Shown in pieces: positions 38,774-50,908 of a DNA stretch of 64,000 bases. A program made the position numbers and the translations under genes. How positions within the stretch are numbered: the stretch's first letter is position 1; each line of letters starts with the position of its first letter. A model generated the notes under the pieces. The model had not been told where the DNA came from. It searched no databases and saw only the letters and a program-made list of their open reading frames with translations. The stretch comes from Utricularia gibba (lineage: Eukaryota > Plantae > Magnoliophyta): the NCBI GenBank assembly GCA_002189035.1, contig CM007991.1, positions 186,001 to 250,000 of the forward strand, given 5' to 3'.

Positions 38774-39941
38774 ATGGTGAAGTACGACGGGGAGGATGTG
38801 AAGAAGGGGCCATGGAAGCCTGAGGAGGATGAAATATTGATTAATCATGTGAAGAAGTACGGTCCCAGAGACTGGAGCTCCATTCGATCCAAAGGACTGT
38901 TGATGAGGAACGGGAAATCGTGTCGCCTTCGATGGGTGAACAAACTCCGTCCCGATTTGAAAAAGTATGTTTTTTTTTTTAATTCTTGACTCTTTGCATG
39001 CTTCTGATTTCGTTTACAGTCTGTTAGGTGTATGATGAAATGCCTGAAGGCTTCATTTCTCGACAGTAGGGACGGGGGGTCCATCTTATGTTGAATTATA
39101 TGCAGTCTTCACATTAACATGCTGTGTGAACCGAAACTTTGTTTTTAATTGCTTTCTTCCAATAGCGGGGTGAAGTTTTCTCTGGAGGAGGAGAAACTGT
39201 GATTAATCTTCAAGCGCAACTTGGGAACAAATGGGCTAGAATTGCAACGTATTTGACTGGGAGGAGTGATAACGATGTCAAGAATTTCTGGAGTGGCAGG
39301 CAGAAGCGGATGGCACGGATTAGGAACGCTCCCATCGAGTCTGCCAGGATCATGACTGATGTAAAAGCCCCAGCTTTTCATAACCCTCCTTCTACAGAGG
39401 TGAGAATCTCATTTTAGCTAAAGATGAAAATACCAGCTTATTTCTTCATGCATATTTACCTCAAGCTACCCCTTTGATGCAGGCCGTAGACATCAACTCA
39501 TCAGGATTTGAAAGATATATGACAAACTCACTGTCTTCCTCATCATTGAGATTTGAACTCCTCCCCTTACCAGAGCTTATGCATCCTGTTGGCAGCATCT
39601 ACGGAACCAGTGACTTCCAATCCAACCTCTCCTCCATCCAAAAGCAGCCGTATTCAGAGCAACAATCCCCCAACCTTCCATTTCCTCAACCGCAGTCTGA
39701 CTTCCCCTGCACCAGACGTGAAGGCCCATGCTTTGTGGATGTGTTTGAGAACTTCAGTCAACCATCGCCGCCCATTTGCCATCAGGGCGTTGGACAAACT
39801 CCACTTGGTGTCTATGACAAGAGCTATCTATCCGGTGTGACGAACATCTTAGCTACAGACAACTACTTCATGAACGACTTCCAACCAATAGAGATGTTCG
39901 ATGAGATCGAACCATTTCCAAGTCCATCCAACTGGTCTTAA
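38774..39941 (+). CDS. DUO1: DUO1 (MYB125) male-germline R2R3-MYB, 3 exons, 1-nt frameshift at 39194-39196
   Basis: Exons 38774-38964, 39166-39399, 39483-39941. KGPWKPEEDEILINHVKKYGPRDWSSIRSKGLL, the DUO1-type linker RPDLKNGVKFS (extra Lys), NDVKNFWSGRQKR and acidic C-terminus EMFDEIEPFPSPSNW. Confidence 0.88.
38873..38893 (+). promoter_or_regulatory. miR159 target site in the DUO1 coding sequence
   Basis: TGGAGCTCCATTCGATCCAAA versus the miR159a complement TAGAGCTCCCTTCAATCCAAA: two G:U pairs and one mismatch. It matches the Arabidopsis DUO1 site as I recall it. Confidence 0.8.
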
Positions 39942-40474
39942 GCATTAATCACCCATTTCGGTGTTTTCTACCCATGAAATTAGGTGTAACAAAAAATTAT
40001 TTTTTATATTTTTGAAAATGTGTGTATTTCGAAAAATACCATTCGTTGGGTTTAAAAGATGATTAAAAATAAATAATAATAATTAACAAGCGGTGAATGA
40101 GGACGATGTTGATGTTACACTCCAACTCATGAATGATGTAGCGTCCTGTTAGAATTGATACCATAGCTAACACCCGTCACCTCAATTTTAATTATTAATT
40201 AATAATTCATAAAAACACGTCGACTATTAATTTGGCACCATACAAAAAGTCTATAAAATGATTTTTTTTTAGTAGTTTAAGTGTACATTTTGCCCCATGG
40301 AAGCTTGAGAAATAATTTATTTTCCAATAAGTTGACAAAATATTTTATAAGATTCCTATTCTCACCTATGCCCTTCTTAATTGCTATTCTTCACACACAC
40401 ACTGGAAGATAAAACGGCGTCGTCCTTTCGGGGGTACTCCTCCACCGGGAAGCAACACACCAGGGCCGCCGGAT

Positions 40475-41044
40475 ATGTCGGAAGAAGCGACGACCGAGAT
40501 CGGAAAGCATCGGAAGGAGGGTGAAAATGACGGGCATCCGTACTACCGGGGCGTGAGGAAACGGAGCTGGGGAAGGTGGGTGTGCGAGATCCGGGAGCCG
40601 AAGAAGAAGTCGAGAATATGGCTAGGAACGTACTCCACCGCTGAAATGGCGGCGCGTGCCCACGACGTAGCGTCACGCGCGATCAAAGGGGAATCGGCGT
40701 ATCTCAACTTCCCTGAGTTGGCTGAGATCCTCCCTCGCCCAGCCTCCTCCGCGGTCAAGGACATCCAAGCTGCGGCGGCGAGGGCAGCGACGATCACGTT
40801 TTCCGAGGAAATCAGCGGCGGTATCCTCGCCCCCGATCCGAGCCCGGAGTCGGAAATAAACGAAGAAACGCCGAATTCAACCTCCGGAATTCTGGGCGGC
40901 GGAATCTCCGACTTGCCTGATTTTAGTGCATCCGACCAGAGCCTCGAGTACTTGTACTGCAACGCTTCTCCCTGGCGTACGGCGAGTGAAGATTTGGAAT
41001 TCCGGCTGGAAGAGCCCCTCTGGTGGGCCGACCCGACGGGGTGA
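40475..41044 (+). CDS. AP2/ERF transcription factor, DREB A-4 (TINY/ERF034-035-like), single exon, 189 aa
   Basis: AP2 domain [43 protein letters not shown] followed by [20 protein letters not shown]. Confidence 0.9.
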   Translation: MSEEATTEIGKHRKEGENDGHPYYRGVRKRSWGRWVCEIREPKKKSRIWLGTYSTAEMAARAHDVASRAIKGESAYLNFPELAEILPRPASSAVKDIQAAAARAATITFSEEISGGILAPDPSPESEINEETPNSTSGILGGGISDLPDFSASDQSLEYLYCNASPWRTASEDLEFRLEEPLWWADPTG

Positions 41045-43572
41045 GTTGATAATAATAATTAATTGGGCATCTGAATGAATTTCAAACTTCACGTACAAAT
41101 TAATGATGTAATGCAATTACTGTACAAAAATAAATGTTTCTGATGACGTCTTACCCACGTGTGGTCTTTTCATTATGCAACACAAATAATAATAAAAAAT
41201 TTATAAAAAATTTTGAACCCAATTTTATTTTTACAAAATTTGTGCAACTCATTTTTAATTTTTAAATATAAAATTAAAGATTTTCTGTGAAACTATTTGT
41301 GTGGTGAAATCTACACGGGTGCAATAAAAAATTAAAATTTTGATATACGAATATAAATATAACACCCGATTATAATATATACGTCAAATACCCTCTTTAT
41401 GAATGTGTACTTATTTACTAATTATCTAATATAATTTAGGTATCTTATTATTTTATTTTCACTTCCCTCCAAGTTTGCTTACTCCGATTATGAAAAGGGA
41501 AGAATTATATCTAATGGATAAAAAAAACTTAAGTTTTAACATTTTGGTAAAATTAATTCACATTTTTTAATATAAATTACATAATTGATCCATATTGAGC
41601 CAATGAATTCCAAAATTTTCATATATCACCACAACAAGGCTTAAAACTAAAAATAATTAAGCAGTAAACCCATTTTATTTTTAATTCTTATTAGTTATAA
41701 GTTTAAAAATATTTTTGATCGATGTAAAATTAAAAATAAAGCATGTTCTTGAATAAAATAATCTTATTTTTCAATCAATAAAAATAGAGTTAAAAATTTT
41801 TCAACACTCCTTTTGGGCTACATCCTCAGTTTGGCCCAATTTGATTTATAACCACACATCACTATCCAATAGCCACTTTTTATGTATATTCATTTTTTAT
41901 TATTTTGAAAATTTCTTAAATTTCACCTTTCGAGTGAGCTTCCTATTTCCATTTTCAATACTCTACATTGATTCGTCGGAATGTAGATATAATATCATCT
42001 CCATATTTCAAATACCACAAATCTAATAATGAAGGGTATATTACTATTTTTATTATATATTTATAACTTTTTATTAAATAATTTAACACTTACTTCACTA
42101 TCAAACGTGGACTTTGGATTCCATCAATCAATCATCCAATTCCAGGGGCCGAAATTAAAAAAAAAAAAAAGGGAAAAGCGACAGCAAATCCCACTTGGGC
42201 AGGGTTGATGGATCCTTGTCTCCGGTGTCGGAGCAATAGCGTACGGGCCTAAACACCCAACAATGACACGTGGGCCCCATCCCACGTGGTGGACAAGACA
42301 CCAAATTGTTGCTGGTGGTGGGCATCATTCCCTAAATGGGATCTCTCGCATGAACAACCCATAGCAAGTCACACGCTTTCCGCCTCCACCTTCATTCTTG
42401 CAATAACACACACACACACCCACAATTAAGTAAGAATCGAGCTTTTCACCCCCAAAAAGTTAATAATTCATATTAAATTCCCTTTTCCTTTCTTTTTTTA
42501 TTTTTTGATGGCAATCAAAACCTCTCATTTCGAGAAATAATAGCACTTTTTTTGAAAAGAGGTCACAGTCTATTTTTCCTAATATTTTATTTATTGCCTC
42601 CATTTGCAAAAGAAAAAAAGGGAAAAGAAAAGTAAAGGAGCCACCGCATCTTGGTGCAAATCAATCAATCCGTCAATACTTTGCAAAATTAAATTGCATA
42701 TAGTTGAGTGTGGAGTAATCATTTACGGTCAAAGTTTTTTTTCGAAAAAAAAATTGAGAGATTCAAATAATATGAAATTAAAAATGAAAATCATTCAGTC
42801 TTTGCCTGAATTTGGATTATACAAGAAAAATCGAAGCTTTCGCAGATTTTCTAAAATAAAAATTTGTGTAAGTTCAATTATTGATGAGTGGGATTTCTGA
42901 TATGATGAAGCAACAAAACATAATGGGGGTGCACTTGCCACCAACATTTTCGCCCTTTTTTGAATACCAATTTTTCTTTCAAAATGGGGCAATTTGGAGA
43001 CCTAATTTTTGTAGCCTTCATGGATCCAAACACCCAGTTGAAGATTTTCCTGGAAAATATCAATTATTTTCCTTTTTTTCTGAAAAGTGTAAAATAGAGT
43101 AAAGCCAAGTTACACTTTGTAGAATTTAAATCACAATCATGTCCTACGTGATTTTCTAATGTTTGTTTTCTCGTATAAGATGGATTAAAAATAGTGAGAC
43201 ACCGCAGTGGGTGATTTGATAGTAGCAAAAAATGTGCGGATTCATATGTTTTTATATTACAAAGTGATCATATTGAAGTAGGGGGTGCAGAATCGCGTAC
43301 TCAAACACAAGTTGTTCTGCGACAAAAATCTAGGCCTTTTGGGTGTGTTACCCACTTTACAAAAATGCTCTCCCATGTCATCTTGCCTTTAACTGATATG
43401 CTGCTCTTTTGGTTAGACCACTAAAAGATTCACTCTTGAGTGATTGCCCAGGCAATGATTTGCTGCCATCTTTATGCTGTGTGGCGTCACCCTTCACCAT
43501 TAATTTATATGTTTCATCTCTTGTTGCTTCTATTTAATCCGCATGTGTTGTTTAGAGCTCGTGGAGCAGACG

Positions 43573-45999
43573 ATGTCAGCTGTATCCAGTTTTCCAGCTG
43601 TAGTGCTGGCGAAGCTTGTTCCGGCGGCCTACGGCTCTTCTTTGCCTGCTCGAAAAGTCTCACGCGCCGCCATCTCCATCGCGTCCCCGACTTTGCCCGA
43701 GGTTTCTAACCCTGCGAAAGAGTCGTCTAGTGTGGTGGTATCGGATGACGTCGCCTCTGCCTTCTGGGACTACCAGCTCCTCTTCGCCTCCCAACGCGCA
43801 GAGACGTCGGAGCCCATCCCCCTCCGGGTGGTCGACGGCGCGTTGCCCCGGGATCTCAGGGCCGGCACCTACTACCTCGCCGGTCCTGGTCTATTTTCGG
43901 ATGACCACGGTTCCACCGTGCACCCTTTAGATGGTCATGGTTATCTCCGGGCGTTCCGAATCGATGGCTCTCGTGGGACGGCGGAGTTCATGGCCAGGTA
44001 CATTGAGACCGAGGCGCAGGCGGAGGAGAGGAACCCCGCCACCGGCGAGTGGCGGTTCACCTACCGTGGTCCCTTTTCCGTTCTTAAGGGCGGAGTCATG
44101 ATTGGGAATACCAAGGTGAATCAAGTTATAGGCTTATAAACTCAATTTATTATTATTTTTTAGCGATTGTATTTTTTTGTTATTTTAGGTGATGAAGAAT
44201 GTAGCAAATACAAGCGTTTTGCACTGGGGCGGGAGGCTTTTTGCCCTGTGGGAAGGCGGAGATCCATACGAGATTGAACCTCATGGGCTGAGGACCGTTG
44301 GGAGATTCCCCGTCACCGGTGATCGGAAACTTTTGCCGGAACCCTCACAGGGCGGCGGAGTGACGGCAGGTTTTGTGGAGCTAGCCGCCGGACTTGTGAA
44401 ACCGTTACTCCACGGTATGCTCTCCATCTTGTACGCATGCATGAACACATTCACTGATAATATCATTTTTTTAATTCGTTTTTTTTTATTTCAGGAATAT
44501 TCAAGATGCCGGCGAAGAGGTTCTTGTCCCATTACAAGATCGATTCCAGAAGGAATAGGTTGCTGCTCATGTCATGCAATGCCGAAGATATGCTTCTACC
44601 CCGCAGTAATTTTACATTTTACGGTAATAATAAAAACATTACTGTTATGTTCTCTTTCAAAACAATTTTTCTAACAGTTTATTACATGCATGATTCCAGA
44701 ACTGGACTCCAACTTCAATATACTGCAATGCCAAGAGTTCACAATCCCAGATCACTTGATGGTCCACGACTGGGCATTCACCGATAGCCATTACATCTTG
44801 TTGGGTAACAGAGTCAAGCTCGATGCCGCAGGTAAATAAAGATTACTTTTTTGGTTCTTTGTTCCCATTTTTCATGATGGTTTTCATTACGCAGGATCGG
44901 TGAGTGCGGTTTGTGGGCTGACCCCGATGATCTCAGCGCTTTCAGTGAACCCAAGTAAATCCACGTCCCCGATCTATCTTCTCCCGAGATCTGCAGATTC
45001 AAAAGCTGTGGCGAGTTGGAGAGACTGGAGAATCCCCATTGAGGCCCCTGCGCAGATGTGGGTTCTTCACGTGGGAAACGCTTTTGAGAAGATGGGTTTG
45101 GATGGGGATCTGGAGATCGAGATTCAAGCCACTGCTTGCTCTTACCAGTGGTTCGATTTCCAGAGAATGTTTGGTAATTTCTCAACCTATGTTCTTCAAA
45201 TGCATGTCTCTTCTCTTACCGTAGATCGTTTGAATCATAGGGTATGATTGGGAAACCGGGAGATTAGATCCCTCCATGATGAACTTGGAGCAAGGGCAAG
45301 AAAATTTGCTGCCTCATCTGGTCAAGGTGACTTAATTTTGCTGCTCAGCTGCATTAACTTTGGAGTTATATTATGTTGTGTTATAATAAATTTGAGTTTG
45401 GGTGCAGATCAGCATGAACTTAGATTCGAATGGGGAGTGCAGCAACTGCTGCATAAACGATCTGAGTGAATGGAGCAAGCCTGCAGATTTTCCGGTGATA
45501 AACCAGGAGTTCTCCGGCACAAAAAGCTCCTTCCTTTACGCTGCAACTTCCTCTGGCTCACGCCCTGCGCTACCGCACTTTCCCTTCGACACGGTGGTGA
45601 AGATCAACATCGCCGATAAATCGGCCAGAACGTGGTCTACCGGAAGGCGGAGATTCATCGGGGAGCCCATTTTCATCCCGAGGGGCACTCGAGGAGAGGA
45701 CGATGGCTACGTCATGGTGGTGGAAGTGAGTATTCTTTCTTTTTAAATAAAAATATTTTCTCAAAATTATAAAAATTATTTCGATTTTAAAAAAATAAAT
45801 AAAATTTACAAATGATTACTGATGCAAAATTAAATCATTTTTGTAGTATGCGGTTTCGACGCAAAAATGCTACCTCGTGATTTTGGATTCCAAACTGATC
45901 GGAAAAAAGAAGGCGGTGGTGGCGCGGCTTGAAGTTCCCCGGAGTCTCAACTTTCCGATGGGATTTCATGGGTTTTGGGCTCCGGATTCGGCCCCATAA
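43573..45999 (+). CDS. CCD7: Carotenoid cleavage dioxygenase 7 (MAX3/RMS5/D17), strigolactone biosynthesis, 8 exons, intact
   Basis: Transit peptide, then [65 protein letters not shown] and EDDGY; ends FPMGFHGFW. Exon phases are consistent. Confidence 0.95.
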
Positions 46000-46754
46000 A
46001 AAATCTTGTTGTTCATAAAATGTTCACATGCCAGGGTTAGAGATTCAAATAATTTACATTTTTTATAATATTTTCTTTTAATTATAATATTTGTAATAAT
46101 CTAACATTATTTCTCCCCCATTTTACTACATTTTTTTAAACTGTTAGCACTATTTAAAGGTATATAATATTTAGAACTATTTATTAAGGAAATAGTTAAG
46201 CAGTGGTACTTTTAAATTAAAAATAAAAGTAAAATAAATTGACATAAGTACAAATAAAATTGATAGTATTCTAAAACATTATTTTTTAAGAAAAATATAT
46301 TGAAATAAAAATAGAATTAAAAAAAATAAATAATTTTTTTACATAAACTATTTTACTTTTTATAAAGTAAAAATAAATTTAACAAGTTTTCTAGAATGCA
46401 TTATTAGTTTTTTTTATTGCACAGTTTATTTAAGGCCGGTATTGTCTCCTGAGGCTCAATAGTTTTTGAATTTCTTAGGGCCCAATTTCAAGTATCGGAG
46501 GCCCGATATCGGAAGCTACTGATTACCAAAGAAAAGTCCATTTCTCTTGAGAGCCGCAGCTCGGCCCAAATGACCTTTGAATCCATATATTTCGTGACGC
46601 CTCGGCGGCGAGGGAGATCAAACGCTCCAAATTGCTGTTACGGATTTCGGAATCGTAACGGTAAAGTTTCTTCTTGCGAATTCGAAGCTCGAGTCGCCGC
46701 TTGCTGTGGAAATTGGTGTACTGGTCTCCGGAATATTGCAGAGCTGCCGGCGTT

Positions 46755-49700
46755 ATGGCTGGTACGGGTTTCTCGTTCGGCGGCGCAAGCTCGTCGCCCT
46801 CATTCGGCTTCTCTAACCCTAGCGGCGCGTCCTCTTCTTCTTTTGGTTTTGGTGCGGCAACGGGGGCGTCTACAGGCTTTGGTTTTAGTACTACAACGGC
46901 GGCGTCTACGGGTTTTGGTTTTGGTACTCCAACTGGGGCGTCTACGGGTTTTGGTTTTGGTACTCCAACGGCGTCCGCATCAGCGTCGTTGTCTGCCTCT
47001 TTCCCCGCATTTGGGGTTTCTCCTACATTTGGTGCCACATCTTCGTCCTCAACGACGGTTTCAACAATTGGTAGCCCATTTGGCTCCTCCACTCCGTTTG
47101 GGGCATCTAACCCATCGGCGACTTTGAGTCCTAGTTTATTTGGGTCCTCAGCTTCAGCGCCCGTGTCCGTCTCCGCCACTTCTTTCCCTACCAGTTTCGG
47201 ATCCGGCTCTGGTACAGCGCCAAGCATTTTTGGGGCATCTTCGGCTGCGGGCTCAAAGCCAAGCATTTTTGGAGGCACTTCCACGTCAACTGGCGGCCAA
47301 GGTTCTAGCCCATTCAGCACAACCACCACGACATCTTTTCCATCAACCCCCGTGTCTTCGCCTTCTCCATTCTCCTCAACAACTTCATTTGGTTCCCCTC
47401 TATTGCTTCCTCGAACTTATTTGGATCAGGTGCTCCAACGCCTAGCCTTTTTAACCCTTCGTCTGCAGCTTCTAGCAGCAGTGCTAGTACACCTTTGTTC
47501 GGAGCAAGCGCATTCTCAACAAGCAGCTTGTTTGGCGGTGCGTCCAGTTCTGCAGCAACCTCAGCCACGACAACTCCACTATTTGGATCCACCCCTACTC
47601 CTAATGTGGCTTCAAGTGCACCATTATTCGGTTCTAGTTCAGTCACAGGAGCTAGCGCATTTGGATCGTCTGCGACTACTTCAGCTCCTGCATTTTCCTC
47701 ATCCTCATCGCCTTTTGGAACCGGTTCGACACTGGGCACAGGTTTATTTGGATTATCTACTTCTGGACAAGCTTCATTCCCAACAGGAGGTTTATTTGGG
47801 TCTGCTTCAGCCACAGGAACTAGCAGTTTCGGAGTCTCTGCATCTGCACCTGCAGCATCCTCAACTCCTTCGGTTGTTGGATCAGTATCAGCCATTGGCA
47901 CAGGCATCTTTGGATCATCATCTTCTGGATCAGCTTCTTCCTCTGCTGGAGGTTTACTCGAGTCTGTTTCTAAGTCCTCAGTTCCTGCTGAAGGCTTATT
48001 CACCCCTAAGGGGCCAGCATCAAGTTTTGTTTCTTCGACTAGTTCATCTGCATCGCTGTTTGCTAGTCCTCTGAGCTCTTCATCAGGTGCTTCAGGATCT
48101 TTTATGCCAAGCAATGCTCTTAGTTCTGCTTCTTCTGTTCCAGCCTTTTCATTCCCTAGCACACCAATTTCCTCCCCTTCCCCTTCTGGGTTTTCATTTC
48201 CAACCGTTTCCAGTACTTCTGCTGCCTCGGCTTCAGCCACAGTTTCTCCAGCTTCTTCATCTGGTTTTTCTTTTGGAAGTGCATCATTTCAGACAACGGT
48301 TTCATCGTCATCATCCTTTTCTGCTCCATTTGCTTCGAAATCTGCTGCAGTCACATCCACTCCAAGCCTCTTTTCAACGGTTATAACAACAACAGCAGCA
48401 TCAGGAAGTGCGCCGTCCGGTGGTACAAGTGGTACCTCTGGTTTGGCATTCCCAGCCTTTAGTGTGACGTCATCTCCTGCTTCAGCAGTATCATCGGGTG
48501 CTAGTCCTTTTAGTACTGCCCTTCCCACATCGTCTTCTGGAACAAGTGTTTCCCTTTTTGCGTCGAAGACATCTGAACTGACCCCTCCTTCAGCAGTGCA
48601 ATCACAGGCAGCATCTGCAGTGCCTTTGTTTGGTAACTCTTAACTACATGAATTCTCAATTACAATACAATTGCCACTCAAGTATGCGGACCTAAAACTG
48701 ACAAATATTTGGTTGGTAATATGCATAAATCATTTGAAATTCCATGTAATAAATTCAAGTGTGAGAATTCCGAGATATACTTCTTACAGCTTTGTCAAAT
48801 AAACTTATAGTGTAGGTTTGTTGTGCCCCCTTTGTGTTTGCTTGAGCGCTTCGGAGTGGTACTTGTTGGAGCACACTATTCGAATTTGTTAGTTTAACTG
48901 CTGTAACTTTTTTTTTCACAAGCTGCATCAAGTTCAAGTGCTAGTACCACCTCTCTAGTATCATCCTCATTGGCTGGAACTTCCAGTAGTGGGTATGCAT
49001 CCGCTTTTCAGCCGTGGGATACTTATTTATGGATATGCTTGATAAAAAATGCTGAATCTTTAAATTTATTGTAGGGTCACGTCTACCACAAGTGCAGCGT
49101 TAGCTTCTGAGCCGAAACTACCCTCTGAAATTACTGGGAAAACGGTTGAGGAGGTACCTGACTTGCCCTCTACGTATAATTGTTCCTTTGCGGGAGTTGT
49201 CATCGTCATAATGTGTGTATTTGTTTAGTTCCTTAGTTCTAAATCATGTGGCCCCTTTCTATTTCAAAATTATCTTATTCCTAGGAAATATTGTTTTATT
49301 CAAACGCAGAAATAAATATGGGCCATCTCTGAAGCTGTGCAGCATTTTTCTCCAATACTATTTGAAAAAGCGTATTTGGCAAACAAACTGGAATATTATC
49401 TTTTGAATACATGGTTTCACTCATTTCTATGTATTTAACTTGCTTTTAATCTCTCATCTTCAAAATTATATTAACAATTGCCTGATTGATTTATTTTTCC
49501 AGATCATAAAGGAATGGAATGCTGAACTACAAGAGCGTGCTGGAAAGTTCCAGAAGCAAGCTAATGCAGTAGCAGAGTGGGACCGTCGGATTCTGCAAAA
49601 CCGGGACATTCTTATACAGCTTGAGGTATCACCGAAACCATGATACCATGTTATTTTAGACGATGCTTGCTTAACCATGTAAATTTTATACCTAATACGG

Positions 49701-50908
49701 ATGCATTTGCTTGACTTATTTCTTGTTTTAACTTATCCTCAGAGCGAAGTTGCAAAGGTAGTGGAAACACAGGGTCTTCTAGAGCGGCAGTTGGAACTAA
49801 TTGAAACCCATCAAGATGAGGTAGTATTCCTTGTCGCCAGGCCTAAGCGTACACCACACACTATGTAGATGCTGTGTAACATGGTTTTGTGAATTGTGTA
49901 GGTTGACAAGGCCTTGCAAAGCATCGAGCCTGAAGCTGAGCGCCTGTACAGAGAGGAGCGTGCATTGCTCGTTGATGACGATGCAGCAGCAACAAGAGAT
50001 GCAATGTAAGAACCGAACCTCAACTCTATTCTCTGCCCCGTTATGTGCTTTATATTTTCATGACAACAATAATAGGTTGGTACATTCTCCTGTCTTTGAC
50101 TACGTGCATTATAAAACTTCAGGTTTGAGCAGGCTGAAATCATAGAGTTGGAATTTGAGCAAATGACAGAGCAGATCAAAACAATCATCAATACTCTCAA
50201 TGCAAACCAGGTCAGCTCTTCTAGTTTGCATTCTGGTTTTAACTCTTGGAAATTGGGGTATTTTTCATGTCTTGCTCTTAATATTTCATTGGTGATAGCA
50301 AAAGTAAGGAGACACTACTCTACAAGTAAACAATGCGGTCGTTTGTTATTGTTACTGTTTTTTAACTCCTTTTTGCCATTGAAATGGTCAGCTAGCTGTT
50401 CCTTATTTTCTTAACTGAGGCATGAAACTGTTGAGGCATCTCGCGTCTCTCAACCCAAAAAAGACACAAAAAAAAATCACCTTAACAGTAGGGTGGATTT
50501 CATTTGCACTTTTGAAAAAAGGACACGTTTTTTGATTCATTGAAGTTCAAGAGTATAGCCTTGATCAGCAGCAACTCTGACGGTTCCAAATGTGTTTGTA
50601 AATCAATGATGGTAGGGAGGAGCGCCCGAGGCGATGGATGGATTGAGTCCTCTGGACGCGGTGGTTCGAATTCTAAACAACCAGCTGAGCTCATTAATGT
50701 GGATTGATGAGAAGGTTAGTCTTCTTCCATCTCTTCTCCAGATATCATGTACTTCCTTCCATATTATTCTTTGGAACATGAAAAACTTGATCCTGAGCCC
50801 TGAAACAAACAGGCAGAAGAATTCTCCTCCCGAATTCAGAAACTTGCCAAGCTGGGCTCTTCTGCTGATCATGAGCCATCAACTCTACCCAAGCTCTGGC
50901 TCACATGA
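46755..50908 (+). CDS. NUP62: Nucleoporin NUP62 (FG-repeat N-terminus, Nsp1-like coiled-coil C-terminus), 9 exons, 1-nt frameshift at 47395-47398
   Basis: Long Ser/Thr-rich FG-repeat exon 1 (46755-48632), then KLPSEITGKTVEEIIKEWNAELQERAGKFQKQANAVAEWDRRIL, LELIETHQ and LDAVVRILNNQLSSLMWIDEK. Confidence 0.92.
46863..46970 (+). repeat. Three tandem 36-bp units inside NUP62 encoding (G/A)ASTGFGF(S/G)T(T/P)T
   Basis: Units at 46863-46898, 46899-46934 and 46935-46970 share the core GCGTCTAC(A/G)GG(C/T)TTTGGTTTT(A/G)GTACT. Confidence 0.85.

Noticed and set aside
47400-48074. Leu/Gln/His-rich C-terminal part of ORF 46674-48074
   Set aside because: Out-of-frame reading after the NUP62 1-nt deletion.
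46523-48528. Long minus-strand ORFs (268, 308 and 79 aa) rich in P/K/A/E/V
   Set aside because: Antisense shadows of the low-complexity Ser/Thr/FG exon of NUP62; there is no independent evidence for a gene.
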